Of a stretch of 64,000 nt of DNA, positions 28,771 to 43,525 are shown in pieces (within the stretch, counting starts at the first letter, position 1; every line of letters starts with the position of its first letter). Both the position numbers and the translations under genes were made by a program. The notes under the pieces were generated by a model, which had not been told where the DNA came from, searched no databases, and saw only the letters and a list, made by a program, of their open reading frames with translations. The stretch is from the human T2T-CHM13v2.0 reference genome, Homo sapiens. The stretch lies in assembly GCF_009914755.1 (NCBI RefSeq), contig NC_060930.1. One strand, given 5' to 3'.

Positions 28771-29810
28771 GCTAGATGACTATTTGTCTGAATGTAAATT
28801 AAATGAGAAATTAAAATTGAGAGGAAGACAAATGGAAATTTTAATTGATTGCATATTATATGCTAGACATGATGCTTGCTGTCTAACCTCTATATTATAA
28901 CTATATTAATACTTGAAATCTCTTAGCACAGTGTCAGGCGCAAAGTAAGCTCTCAAATGTTTCTGTTGTTATCTTCTCTGTAACCTTATAATGCAGTCTC
29001 CAAATGCATCCTAAAACATTAGCTTATACTGCAAGTTTTATCATCCCTACATTATGGATAAGGAAACCAAGATTCAGAGTAGTTTATTTTGGGAAATGCA
29101 ATACATGGTAATTGTAAAACCGGGATTTAATCCTAATTTAAAGCTAGTATGCCTTCTCTGCCCATCAGGTCATATCTAAGACATATAGGTGTTCACAAAA
29201 ATTAGTAACTTACTTAAATGACCCTTTCCTTTTTAATTGAACCATTTCCTTTTACCTGTTCTCAAAGAAATTACCTTAAATACAAATCCTAAAAAAAGTG
29301 AAGCCAAAAAGTAGACATCCACATTTTTCCTAATGTGGCTTGATAGAAACTCTTCTATAGGTCTTGACAACCTCTGAGGTCAGAGAGAATGGATTAAGAT
29401 GGCCCTTCAGAGCTCAAAGCACTTAACATGGAGAAAGTACTGCTTCCAAGTAAAACACCTCCCATAATAATAAATGCATAGAGAGCATACCTGTCACTTC
29501 TATATAGTCTAGGACTTTAATTATATAATAATGTTGAAGGAAAGGAAGTCAGTCCTGAGGGGGATGGTCAACTCCTCTCAGCCAGGCTGGTCCTCTCTGA
29601 GTTTGCTTGTGTGCAGTAGATGTTTTGAATGTGTGTATTTGCTGCAGAAAAAAAGGAAACATTCAAGGAACGGTACCCCCCTCAATGAGCCTGAGTTCCT
29701 CAAGGGCAAAGACAACCTTTACTATCCCATTCAATCCTTACTTATGCTAGTATTCAATAAACAACTACTGCAAGATTACAATTACAGACCACTAATTTTC
29801 AAAAAGTATG

Positions 29811-30139
<329 letters not shown>

Positions 30140-30264
30140 TGAACTGACTTAATGCAGAGCTAGACTCAGATATTTTCCTTTTCTGTTGCTAGCCAACTGT
30201 TAAAATACGACTGAAAATATTTTCTGAACATCATGTACATTTGTAAACTAAAAATAGAGCATTT

Positions 30265-30579
30265 GGCCGGGCACAGTGGCTCACGCCTGTAATCCCAGCA
30301 TTTTGGGAGGCCGAGGCAGGCACATCGCCTGAGGTCGGGAGTTTGAGACCAGCGTGACCAACATGGAGAAACCCCATCTCTCTACCAAAAACACAAAATT
30401 AGCCGGGCGTGGTGGCGCATGCCTATAATCCCAGCTACTGGGGAGGCTGAGGCAGGAGAATCGCTTGAACCCAGGAGGCAGAGGTTGCGGTGAGCGGAAG
30501 CTTGCCATGAGCCGAGATGGTGCCATTGCACTCCAGCCTGAGCAACAAGAGCAAAACTCTGTCTCAAAAAAAAAAAAAA
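30265..30579 (+). mobile_element. AluSp/Sq-like element
   Basis: GGCCGGGCACAGTGGCTCACGCC...; TSD AGAGCATTT on both sides. Confidence 0.95.
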
Positions 30580-30911
30580 GAGCATTTTACTTTAGAAAAT
30601 ATGCATATATTGGTCTTAAAAGTCACTAAAAATTAAACCAATATAACTGTGTCAATTTGGCATCAAAATCTACCCTGCCTATATCAAGAAAGTGTTGCAC
30701 AGTACATTTTGCAAAATATTCAGTGCATCTTAAGTACTCAAGAACAGTTCATTAAAGAAATTTTACTCACCTTCTTTTTACCCATTGGCCTTGAATTTAA
30801 GCAAGATAACCCTTATCTTAGTCACAAGAAGCTTCAGGAGGAGAAAGTATTAACATGTTTAATTTTTACAGATATTTTATATGCTTTCAGATATTCCTCA
30901 GGAAGTCGAGA

Positions 30912-31190
30912 CATGCTGTCCTATGTAATTTTAGATTTACTAGTAGCCACATTAAACAATGGCAAAATGAGGATAATTAATTTTTCAATATATTTTAACA
31001 CAATGTCAAAAATATTTCAACATGCAATCAATATGAAAAAAATTGAGATATTTTAACATTTTTCTTTCCATACTGAGTCTTCAAAATCCAGTGTGAATTT
31101 TATATTTATAGATCTCAATTCAGACTAGCCACATTTCAAGTGCTCAATAGCCACTGGTGGCTAAAAGTTACTGTATTGGACAACACACAT
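30912..31190. mobile_element. MER33-like hAT MITE
   Basis: GCTGTCC...AGTAGCCACATT...AGCCACATTTCAAGTGCTCAATAGCCAC...TATTGGACA. Confidence 0.7.
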
Positions 31191-31503
31191 CTAGAGTCTA
31201 ACCCCCTTCTATCTCCAGTATAATCACCTTAAAATGTACAAAGTATATAAAAGGTAACCCAAAATTAAGTAGTGCTCTGTTAAAATGCAAGTGAAAGATT
31301 TAATGTTGAAAGTGTTTAGACGTTTTCTAATGACTAAAAGGGGAAATAGTTATTTAGGAATGGCATTGCAAATCTTTTTGACATTTTCCCATTTGCTCAT
31401 TAAATCTTTCTGAGAACTAGGTTATTTTGTTCTTTTTCCTCCATCTGAGTTTTGTCATTCAATATTTATCTGCTGACAACTATGCAAAACATTATGCTAG
31501 ATG

Positions 31504-31861
<358 letters not shown>

Positions 31862-32504
31862 CTACTGAGAGGAAAAGAGTGAACATGGGAAAAACATGAA
31901 AATATAATCTCTGTATTTTATTTTACTGTATCACTCTGTTAATTCTTTGTTTGCTTATCAGTCCTTCCCCAGTTCCCCAAAGAAGGGAATGGACTTTATC
32001 TTCTTACTCTTTTTCTCTATTTGTGGAATTCACTGTAATGAATAATTATGTTAATTTTCTAGAACAGAGGTCCCTCCAAAGTACACTAAGTGCATAAAGA
32101 AACATTTATCTCCTCTATGGGGAACAGAAAGACTTTGGCAGAGGAATTACCAAGGGCAGGCCTTGAAGGATTTGACAGAAGAGAACAGTGAGGAAGTTTA
32201 AAGAAAAAAAGGAAGTTTTTACAGATGAGAAAGTATGAAAATAGAGGAGTACATCACATATGATAGGTACTCCCTGCATACAAGTTAATAAAAAGAAGAG
32301 CCTGAATAACCTGAGAATATAATTTATGGAGACAGAAATGGAGGATTTGAGCAACTGAAGGGGAGGTTGTGCTGCATAAACTACATGGAAAAAAGTGATT
32401 GAGTAAGCAGTTGCAACTGCTAACGTTTTAAGGCAAACTACCTTGGAAGGTACCAAACATACCGTGCCCTGCTTTCTTCTCTTTGGGATAATGTCTATTG
32501 TGTC

Positions 32505-32660
32505 CATTTAAGGACTTTAATGATTCTGTAATTTTTAGTTAACATGAATTTAAGGACTTTAATGATTTTAATCCATTAAGAACTTTAATGATTTTAATCC
32601 ATTAAGAACTTTAATGGATTAAAGGACTTTAATGATTCCATAATTTTTAATTAATATGAA
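32505..32660. repeat. Local complex repeat: five ACTTTAATG units with an embedded 13-bp perfect inverted repeat
   Basis: Units at 32514, 32556, 32582, 32608 and 32626; TTTAATCCATTAA-GAACT-TTAATGGATTAAA at 32593-32623. Confidence 0.9.
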
Positions 32661-32727
32661 CAACTTCATTCAAGCATTACATTTATGGGTAAGGTGAAAA
32701 ATAAGAAATCTAGCAGAACAACATGCT

Positions 32728-32733
32728 TTTATT
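32728..32733 (-). promoter_or_regulatory. TSPYL1 polyadenylation signal (ancestral/proximal)
   Basis: AATAAA on minus followed by UGUUGUUCUG; positionally homologous to the TSPYL4 PAS. Confidence 0.7.
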
Positions 32734-33609
32734 TTACCATCATGCATAAAAAGGAAGACAAATATGCCAATGGTACACTTCCAATTTGTCAGAGCAATTT
32801 CACAGTATTTAAGCAATTTAGGAAAAAAGATATATCACTTACTAAGTTGTTACCAGGGAAAATTATCATGTAAGACAATCAATTAAACCATACTTTTGTA
32901 GATTATTTTTCCATGAAGGCAATTTGACAAGCCTAACAAAGACCAAGTTGTTCAAACTATGTTTCTAGGAATATAGTTTAACAGAAACAAGAACAAGTTG
33001 AAAACTGTTATGACTATTCATATGTCTCTATATTGTACAGGCAAGTAAGACTGTTGTTCTTCCAAATGTTCCCAATTGAAATCAAAAGAATATCTGTACA
33101 GCTCAATTTTCACAATAAGTTTAGAATCAGAAAAAAAAATTTTACTAAATCCTAATGAAATAACAATCTTCCACATAAATTAGGTCACAAAACAAGTAAG
33201 AAAGCATTCAAAGTTGCGCTGTCTTTCTTTAAAGAACCCTTGTCTAGGCAACATATTTAACACTTTAACCCCTTCAATTCTCCCTGAAAAGTATTTTTCC
33301 ATTCATCATCATTGGGGAGTAAGTACTCCTTCCTCGAAAGCTCTTAACGACAGCACAGTCTTCACTCTAGGCCCAATTTTTACCTGGCCCATGCCTCTAG
33401 CCTTTTGTTCAGTTTCTCCTGCTTAGGGCACCTTTCATCCCATCTAGATGTGTCTCTCTTTAACTATTCTAGGAGTTGATAAAAGGGCTAGGAAGTAGGA
33501 AGTTGGGAAGAAGGGGAGGGGCGTAAGAGCTCTAGCACTCTATTTTACAGGCCAACTTCTTTGCCTCTGAAAATGACAGAGCCAAAATGAAATAAAAACC
33601 TTGCTTTTA

Positions 33610-34297
<688 letters not shown>

Positions 34298-34495
34298 TCA
34301 TATGGAAGTGGAGAAGCATACCCACCACCGTCTCAATCTTGAGGTTGAGAGAACTGAATATCCAAAGGAAACAGGGTGCAGAAAAGTCAGCAAAAACAAA
34401 GCACAATAGAAGGCATACTCATTGCTGATGCCCAAGCACAGGTCCAGCAGAAGGTGGTAGGAGACCTTGTGCAGGAGTATTCCCAAGGGCAAATG

Positions 34496-35812
34496 TTAAC
34501 CAGACTGGAACCCAAAGGGCCTGGGGATCTCTACAGGCTCCCTTAGCGGGCGACGTCGGGCTCTACGGACTCCTTCACGCAACAGGTAGTATTGCAGTGG
34601 ATTTGGCCACAGATCCTCTTTAATAATCTCAGCAATTTTGTCGGACTCTGGAAGGCTGTGGTCTGAAAACCAAGTGAAGAAGCTGCAGATGAGGTCTTGG
34701 TTTCTGCGAATGAAGGACTGGGGTTCATGCCCCCTGCGCCATATAATTGGAGTAGAAAGAGACACCACTCGGCCGGAGGATCTTACCTCATATTCCTTGA
34801 CAATCAGCTTGTTTCTGAAGTAGGGGTTTCTTCTAAAGAAGAACTTGAACTTGCAACCGGTTCTAGGGTGTCTGAGTTCCTTCACCTCTAAATTGGTTAT
34901 GTACCTTAACATCTCTGCATCTTGGCCCCTAATCATGGCGGACAACTGGGGGTGGTTTCGAAAAGCAGTCATCCAGAAGCCCGGGATATTCTGAATGATG
35001 TAGTTCCTCCGCTCCAGGTAGTGTCGACGCATCCGCCCAAACTTGTGCTCCAGCTGTTGGAAGGCCCTGTCGGCCTGAGCATTCACAGTGTCCAGTTCCA
35101 GCTGGATGGCCTCCAGAGGGTCCATGCGGAGAGCCTCATGCAAAGGCCAGGGCCCTTCTTCCTCCCTCGCCTCCTCCTCCAATCTATCCTCCTCCGCCAC
35201 TTCTATTTCTTCACCTTCTGGCGGCTGCTCCTCTACCTCCATCTGCTCCTCCATTACCTCCTTCTCCGCCAGGCCTTCCTTCACCACCACCTCAGCGCTC
35301 TCCCTCTCAGCCACGGCTGCTGAGACGGTGGCGCACTTTCCTGTCTTCACCTCCTCCGCCTCAGCCTCCGCCCCCGCCGTCAGCTCAGACGCGGATCTCT
35401 GGGCGCCACAGATTTCTAGGGCCTTCTCTCCACCCTGAACGCCCTTTTTCAGGCTGCGGTCGGCTGCCATCACCACAGAAGCGGCTGCCAGGCCTTCGGC
35501 GGGAGGCTGGCCCTCTTCCTGCCCGGCTTTGATCGCCACATGACCGCGACCCCCAACAACTCGGATCTGGGGAGTACCGCCACGGCCCGCGGCATCCTGG
35601 GGTACGCCCCCCTCCTCTGAAGGCGGTGGAGGCGGGAGCGCGACGGTCTCCGAGCCTCCCTCACCCGGCTCCGCCATCACCTGTGTCGCCTCGCTTTGGT
35701 CGCGGAGCCTCAGGTACTGGTGTGCGTCCTGGTCGCTCGGGACTTGGTCAGAAATAATGATGCTGTGGGTTTGGAGGGGAGTGGTCCTCTTGACCCCATC
35801 CAGGCCGCTCAT
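34496..35812 (-). CDS. TSPYL1: Testis-specific Y-encoded-like protein 1 (NAP/SET family), single exon, 438 aa
   Basis: [17 protein letters not shown]...; acidic central region; NAP domain [22 protein letters not shown]...[16 protein letters not shown]...WPNPLQYY...FGFQSG. Confidence 0.97.
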
Positions 35813-36130
35813 GTTGCTAACAGTCGGACCAACCGCAGGCGAACGCCCGTTTTCCTCAGAGGCCGAACTGGGAGCTAACCGCCGCTCGCACCGCCCACCC
35901 TACAGTCTCACTAACATTTCAGCGGCGGTGTCGTCAGGACTGGAGATCTCACGGTATCGCGAGAACTTGCTGAGCCCGGGATTGGTTCCGCCGCTCCCTG
36001 CCAGCCAACCGGATTCTCTGGGCTTTATTTCTGTGAATTTACCCATAGCAACAGTAATTTTACCTACGTAAATAAATGTCGATTGTGCTGAGTCTGGAAG
36101 CGCGGACGACCCACCTTGAGATGCATCTAG
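34990..36130. promoter_or_regulatory. CpG island / TSPYL1 promoter, probably bidirectional
   Basis: Dense CpG; TATCGCGAGA (CGCG element, BANP/ZBTB33-type) at 35955-35964; CCAAT on minus (ATTGG, about 35981); X-box-like TTACCCATAGCAAC at 36039-36052. Confidence 0.85.
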
Positions 36131-36242
36131 CGACTGCTCCCAGCATGTAGGAGCAGTTGTAAAATCACAGCCGTAACAGTGCCTGCTCTCCAGTGTCTGA
36201 AAACAAATGTTTTTCTGGTCTTCACTTTTTTGAGGCAGGAAG
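36100..36242 (+). other. DSE: Candidate divergent non-coding first exon (probable second DSE 5' start); start approximate
   Basis: Donor-like AAG|GTAAAT at 36242/36243, near the position homologous to the 10364 donor; DSE identity from recall. Confidence 0.35.
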
Positions 36243-36923
36243 GTAAATCTATTCCCTGTTACTCCACGTAACTAGCAGCAAAAGACTTCTCTTTAAGATT
36301 AATAGCAAAATGTTTCCCCCCTTCTTAGTAAAAGTGACATAAAAATATCAGTTCTTGCCTCTACGGTTACTGGGGGAAAAAAGCTACTCAGCAGCCTCTT
36401 ACCACTAAAGCGATGCATAGTATTCTTTGCTAATTTTCGATTTATAATCTGCATCAAATAAGAGTTTGTGCTGCATAGTATCGGTAGAAATTAAGCCAGG
36501 ATCAGTTTGCTAAATGTTCCATGCCTTTTCACTGCAAGAAAGAGGAAATTATAACTATTTCCAGCCCCAAGAACTTAATTTATTATCATATTTAGTTATG
36601 TAAGATAGGAATGTTTGGCTCTAACGAAGCATCTGTCTTTAGCAATCAGCTGAGTTCATTAGAGGGGGATGTCAATGTCTCTGGTTGAAGTGTTCCAGTT
36701 TGTTGACTTGTGAGTTAAACTGGTGCTGTCTTAGAGAGCTACAAGGCCTCAGAGAAATATCAGTGGGGGGAGCCACATACCACCATTTTGTGAGGAAAGG
36801 CTAGTTAAAATGGACAACTAAGATGGCCTTGAAGTAGAAAACAAACTTGCAAAGGGCAACATGCAGCTGGTGGACTCAAGGTATAAAAGAGGCAAACGTT
36901 ATTTTCTACTTAATTTGCTTTGT

Positions 36924-37406
36924 GTGGTAGTAGCCTGATGGCCCTCAAAGATGTACCTGTCTTAGTTATGCGGCCAAAGGGACTTCGCAGATATGATTAA
37001 GTTAAAGATTTGGAGATGAGAAGATGATTCTGGATTATACAGGTGGGCCCTATGGAATTACAAATTTCTTATAAGAAGGAGGCAGGAGGGTCAGTCAGAG
37101 AAGATAAGAGGACGAAAGCACAGAGAGAGGGAAGGAATGGTGGAGAATAGGTGTGGGAGGGAGGAAAGGGAAATCGCTATGTTGCTGGCTTTGAAGATGG
37201 AGGAAGGAGCCAGGATCGTAGGAATAAAGGCAGCCTCTAGAAGCTTGAAAGGTAAGGAAATAGATTCAATCCTAGAGCCTCCAAAGGAATGACAACACCT
37301 TGAGGTTATTACCTCTAAACTCCAGCACTATAAGAAAATAAATTTGTGCATTTTAAGCTATTAAATTTGTGGTAATTTGTTACAGAAGCAATATGAAATG
37401 AATACA
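36924..37406. mobile_element. MLT1D-like MaLR LTR
   Basis: GGGACTTCGCAGATATGATTAAGTTAAAG...TGCTGGCTTTGAAGATGGAGGAAGG...TTTGTTACAG..GCAATA. Confidence 0.8.
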
Positions 37407-39450
37407 CCTTGGATTAAGGTTTGGTTGCATCTATGGGTGCCTCAAGTTGTTTCTAATAGCAGCCCCTTCTACCTTGCTCATGGCTTCCCGTGAGTTCCTG
37501 CCCAACAGCTGTGATGTATTACAGCTTGAATCTGTCTTTCAATATCAAGACCAGAAATATACTTAGGCAAATGCACAGAAAGACAAAATTAAAGCCTAAA
37601 CATACCACAAACGATATCTGAGGAGACTGTAAACTGCAAGAGGACATGATCATGGTTTCGTTTCCCTCTGTTTATCGAGTGCCTAGCACACTACCTTACA
37701 CAGTATCCCATAGATTATTAAAATGTTAAATAAAGGAGCAAATGAGCAGAAAACAGTTTCTCTTGCTTGCAACTTGCTCCTTGCGGAAGAGAAGTAAGGG
37801 GCATATGGGTTGTCACTCTGCTCTCCTTCCTATCTGCCACTGGCAAACCAGAGGGCTGCTCTATTCTATATAGTAACAGTTTCCTACTCAGGAGAATGAA
37901 TTTCTATATATGTTTCAAAGGCTCTAAAAGGATAGGAAAAACACAGAGAAAACAATTTTATTTTACAAATAATTTAAGTTTGTGTGGTCACACTGTATGA
38001 CAAACGAACTCTGAAAAGACCAGCATATTTAGGTGAGTTTACATATCAAAGCCTCGGACTACCAGCACTGTATTTCCAATTCTCTCCTTTCTGAAAAAGT
38101 CAAGGTAATCATTTCAGGCTTTACTTCGTTTCTGTCTACAGAAATATATAATGCATTTCTCTCTACAAGTGATGGAGCCTGTGATGCATGGCTGGAATTA
38201 CTTTTGGTGTAAATAAAAAGGAATATTGGAACTTTCCACAAAGACTGTTTCTAATTGCCATGAAATCATCTTCTATTTTGAACTGGTATAATTTCATTCG
38301 GCCTAAAGTGGAAACTTCTATTATTCCAATATGTCTCCTATTTTTTTTTAAGCAGAAAGGAGTGTCAGGCTTGGACCAATCTTAGAATATATGGCTTTAT
38401 TTGTCAAAGAAGCCATTATGTAATTAATGTAATTAACACTCTTACCAGTAATGCTAGGAAAACTCTAATTAGGATCATGTAAGTATAATCAGGACTCTGC
38501 TGAATGTAATTTCCCCCAAATAACGTTGAGACTCTTTAAAGGAACTCTTCCTTCTCTTCTTGTCGAACATGTATAAAGCTGTGATAAGGAATATTTGAAT
38601 ATATAGAGAACGTGATTTAAAATTAGAAGTAATGTATCTCATGTTCTCTGTGTATTAGAAGAAAATTACATTAGAGAAGTGATTGTGATTATAACTATTC
38701 CTTGTAGGTGATGGAAAGCTCAGGTTATGATTGCTTTCGGACAAGTGCTCAGGAGAAGGGTCAGTAAAGGGCAAGGATTTTAGAGGGAAAAGCAAATATG
38801 CATACTTTATGTCCTATTTTTTTTTAAAGAAAGAATCTTTGCTTGGAAGGAGGAACTCTCTAGGAATGTCAACATGCACCAAGGCTCACGTGCTCAGGGA
38901 GTTATTTTGCCATACAGGCAAAGCTGTGGTTGCTATTCAACACAGAATATTGTACTTATTATAGTAGGACTATTACTTGTGGATTTTTTGTTCACCTTTT
39001 TGTATCTAAAAAGGCTTAAAAAGGATACCTGTTTCTTTTACATGACACAGGTTATCCTGCTATCTGGGAATTCTCTTTCTGGGTAGATGTTACACATTCT
39101 CTAAGACTTACCAAAAACCTGTCTTGCTTTAAAATGTGCTAGGCATTTTACATGCATTAAAGTGTCAAATTTCATAAAAGAGGAAACAGTAACACTGAGA
39201 GGCTAACTAACTTTACCAAAGTCATACATAAAGTAACTGGTAAATTCTTTCTCCCTTCTCCTGAGTGCATCTTTCCTAAGTAGCCTATGGCTCCTTAATC
39301 TTCCTCACCTGAATTCCTGCAACTCTTTTATGAGCTGCACCATGCAGTTTAGCACTTAATTGTGCTTTTCCTCTTAGGGACTAGTTGATTTATATGTGTC
39401 AGTCTCATCATCCCAGCATTCCAGCATCATCTCATGGGATGGGAGCATAG

Positions 39451-40018
<568 letters not shown>

Positions 40019-40487
40019 TGACAATAAACTTCACTACCCCCAAAGATAGTTGAATCTTTTCTAATACAGTTCTATGGGAAAACATCTGCAAAAAACCCTG
40101 AGGTTTTTCTCCATAATATCAAGGAATCATAGATTCTTTGGGAATGATTTCTCAGGTAGCAAGGAGTTTAGCGGAAGTTCAGACATTTTTGTTTTGCAGA
40201 AAGGTAGGTTTTATCATTATAATTAATGATAGCTTTCACTTATTTACTGCTCCTGATGTACCAGCCACTTTTATAAACAACATCCAGTGTGTCACATCTT
40301 TTAGTTGTCATAAGAACCCCATGAGGTAATTGCATTTATGACCTTCGTGTTACTCAATAGGAAACTGAGGCAAAGAGAGACTGTCACTTGGCCAAAATGG
40401 TACAGAAAGTAATAGACCCATGATTCGAACCCAGAAAGTTTGTCTCAAAAGCCTGTACTCTCTGAACAAGTGTGAACTCACTTTCTT

Positions 40488-42275
40488 TTTTTTATTATTA
40501 TTATTATACTTTAAGTTCTAGGGTACATGTGCACAATGTGCAGGTTTGTTACATATGTATACTTGTGCCATGTTGGTGTGCTGCACCCATTAACTCGTCA
40601 TTTACACATTAGGTATATCTCCTAATGCTATCCCTCCCCCCTCCCCCCTCCCCCAACCTCATGATAGGCCCCGGTGTGTGATGTTCCCCACCCTGTGTCC
40701 AAGTGTTCTCATTGTTCAATTCCCACCTATGAGTGATAATATGCAGTGTTTGGTTTTCTGTCCTTGCAATAGTTTGCTCAGAATGATGATTTCCAGCTTC
40801 ATCCATGTCACTACAAAGGACATGACCTCATCCTTTTTTATGGCTGCACAGTATTCCATGGTGTATATGTGCCACGTTTACTTAATCCAGTCTATCATTG
40901 ATGGACATTTGGGTTGGTTCCAAGTCTTTGCTATTGTGAATAATGCCGCAATAAACATACATGTGCATGTGTCTTTATAGCAGCATGATTTATAAACCTT
41001 TGGGTATATACCCAGTAATGGGATGGCTGGGTCAAATGGTATTTCTAGTTCTAGATCCCTGAGGACTCGCCACACTGACTTCCACAATGGTTGAACTACT
41101 TTAGAGTCCCACCAACAGTGTAAAAGTGTTCCTATTTCTCCACATCGTCTCCAGCACCTGTTGTTTGCTGACTTTTTAATGATCGCCATTCTAACTGGTA
41201 TGAGATGGTATCTCATTGTGGTTTTGATTTGCATTTCTCTGATGGCCAGTGATGATGAGCATTTTTTCATGTGTCTGTAGGCTGTATAAATGTCTTCTTT
41301 TGAGAAGTGACTGTTCATATCCCTCGCCCACTTTTTGATGGGGTTGTTTGATTTTTTCTTGTAAATTTGTTTAAGTTCTTTGTAGATTCTGGATACTAGC
41401 CCTTTGTCAGATGGGTAGATTGTAAAAATTTTCTCCCATTCTGTAGGTTGCCTATTCACTCTGATGGTAGTTTCTTTTGCTGTGTAGAAGTTCTTTAGTT
41501 TAATTAGATCCCATTTGTCAGTTTTGGCTTTTGTTGCCATTGCTTTTGGTGTTTTAGTCATGAAATCCTTGCCCATGCCTATGTCCTGAATGGCATTGCC
41601 TAGGTTTTCTTCTAGGGTTTTTATGGTTTTAGGTCTAACATTTAAGTCTTTAATCCATCTTGAATTAATTTTTGTATGCGGTGTAAGGAAGGGATCCAAT
41701 TTCAGCTTTCTACATATGGCTAGCCAGTTTTCCCAACACCAGTTATTCAATAGGGAATCCTTTTCCCATTTCTTGTTTTTCTCAGCTTTGTCAAAGATCA
41801 GATGGTTGTAGATGTGTGGTATTATTTCTGAGGGCTCTGTTCTGTTCCATTGGTCTATATCTCTGTTTTGGTACCAGTACCATGCTGTTTTGGTTACTGT
41901 AGCCTTGTAGTATAGTTTGAAGTCAGGTAGTGTGATGCCTCCAGCTTTGTTCTTTTTGCTTAGGATTGTCTTGGCAATGCGGGCTCTTTTTTGGTTCCAT
42001 ATGAACTTTAGAGGAGTTTTATCCAATTCTGTGAAGAAAGTCATTGGTAGCTTGATGGGGATAGCATTGAATCTATAAATTACCTTGGGCAGTATGGCCA
42101 TTTTCAGGATATTGATTCTTTCTATCCATGAGCATGGAATGTTCTTCCATTTGTTTGTGTCCTCTTTTATTTCGTTGAGCAGTGGTTTGTAGTTCTCCTT
42201 GAAGAGGTCCTTCACATCCCTTGTAAGCTGGATTCCTAGGTATTTTATTCTCTTTGAAGCAATTGTGAATGGAAG
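40488..42275 (-). mobile_element. 5'-truncated young L1PA (about L1PA3-5) with uninterrupted ORF2 C-terminal fragment
   Basis: ORF 40878-42215 is the ORF2 C-terminus ([12 protein letters not shown]...[16 protein letters not shown]); perfect 16-bp TSD GTGAACTCACTTTCTT at 40472-40487 and 42276-42291; TT|AAGA endonuclease site. Confidence 0.96.
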
Positions 42276-42852
42276 GTGAACTCACTTTCTTAAAATGTGT
42301 AACCATCATTGATGTTAACTTGATACACAATTTTCTTCTCTCTTCCCTCTTTCCCCTATCCACAAGCATATTAATATAATATTTGTAAGGATAGTACCCA
42401 ATTATTTTCTTTCTTTTCAGAGGAGAAGCAGTTATTGATGATCCCCAAATTCAGTATTTTCTCAACTCTATCAGACTGAATGCCATCTTTTTATAACAGA
42501 TATCTTCTAAAAGAGTCTTTACTTTCCTTAAATGAAATTTATAGATAATATAACCTGCCTACACAGGTAAATAGAAAAACATCAATATAATCACATCATA
42601 AAAGAGAAATAAAAGTAATTTATAATATTGTCTATTTTGATATGTAAGGACATTAACATTGCCTACACTGTAAGAAATAGCAAAGTGATTAGAAAGTTAT
42701 ACTTGTTGATATAATCACCATGGATGGAGACTGATATGGGTATGTTTTACCTGTGATTCAAATACCATGGTGATGAGGTTTTCTGAAATGGTGACCCAAT
42801 CTTTGTTAAGTTCTATAAAAGAAAAAGGAAAAGCTCCCCTTGGTACATGTTA

Positions 42853-43525
42853 CTGTATTTCTTCCATTATAGGAAATACATTTCACATTTCTTAAATCAG
42901 GATGTGTCTTACAAGCACTGTCAGCCATGTGTCAGTCATTGCATCATTACCATCATCACTGCCTGAGCATGTGTGTATCCGGTTATTGTTACCAATTTCT
43001 GGACAAACTAAAGATCATCTGAAGAAAGAATATGTGCTGTTTGTTGCCTTAAAACTTTCCATTAATCTCTTTGAAAGACTCAAAAAAGTACTGACATCAA
43101 AACTTACAATAATTTATGCCTGGCTTGAATTAAAACTCTTCTAGACAGAAGAGTTGAGCACTGTTCTAGGAAATATTGCATCATCAAAACACTTGATAGC
43201 AGAGAGGATAGTATTGCTTGGAAAAAAATATGGATATTGACACCTCTGAGCCAAACTTTCAGTAAATTTTGTGAATATGAAGTTTTATGAATACCTTAAC
43301 AATTTATTTTGCTTTTCCCTTTCCTTTCATTTATTTCCAAGTATGATATTTTATTTCTGTCTAAAGCCTAAAAGAGTTCTTTTTAAAAACATAAAATAAT
43401 TATGTATAAGAATGCATCATGTCATAGTTTAATTGGCAGTGTTTTTTCTCCTTGTCTTCCTTTCTTGGTGATACTTAAATAATACTTTGTTTTACAATTG
43501 ATGTCTCAAATTAGATGAAATACCA
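42853..43525 (+). mobile_element. Tc2/pogo (Kanga-like) element, uninterrupted paralog of 15458-15500 plus 22115-22800
   Basis: TA-CTGTATTTC...TTTCACATTT...GATGTGTCTTACAA; AAAGATCATCTGAAGAAAGAATA; AAAGTACTGACATCAAAACTT; right end TTAGATGAAATAC. Confidence 0.65.

Noticed and set aside
32505-32660. CRISPR-like repeat-spacer appearance
   Set aside because: Eukaryotic context, irregular spacing, spacers are themselves repeat-derived, and no cas genes
34543-36071. Overlapping ORFs across TSPYL1
   Set aside because: Same GC-rich shadow effect; no homology or independent signals
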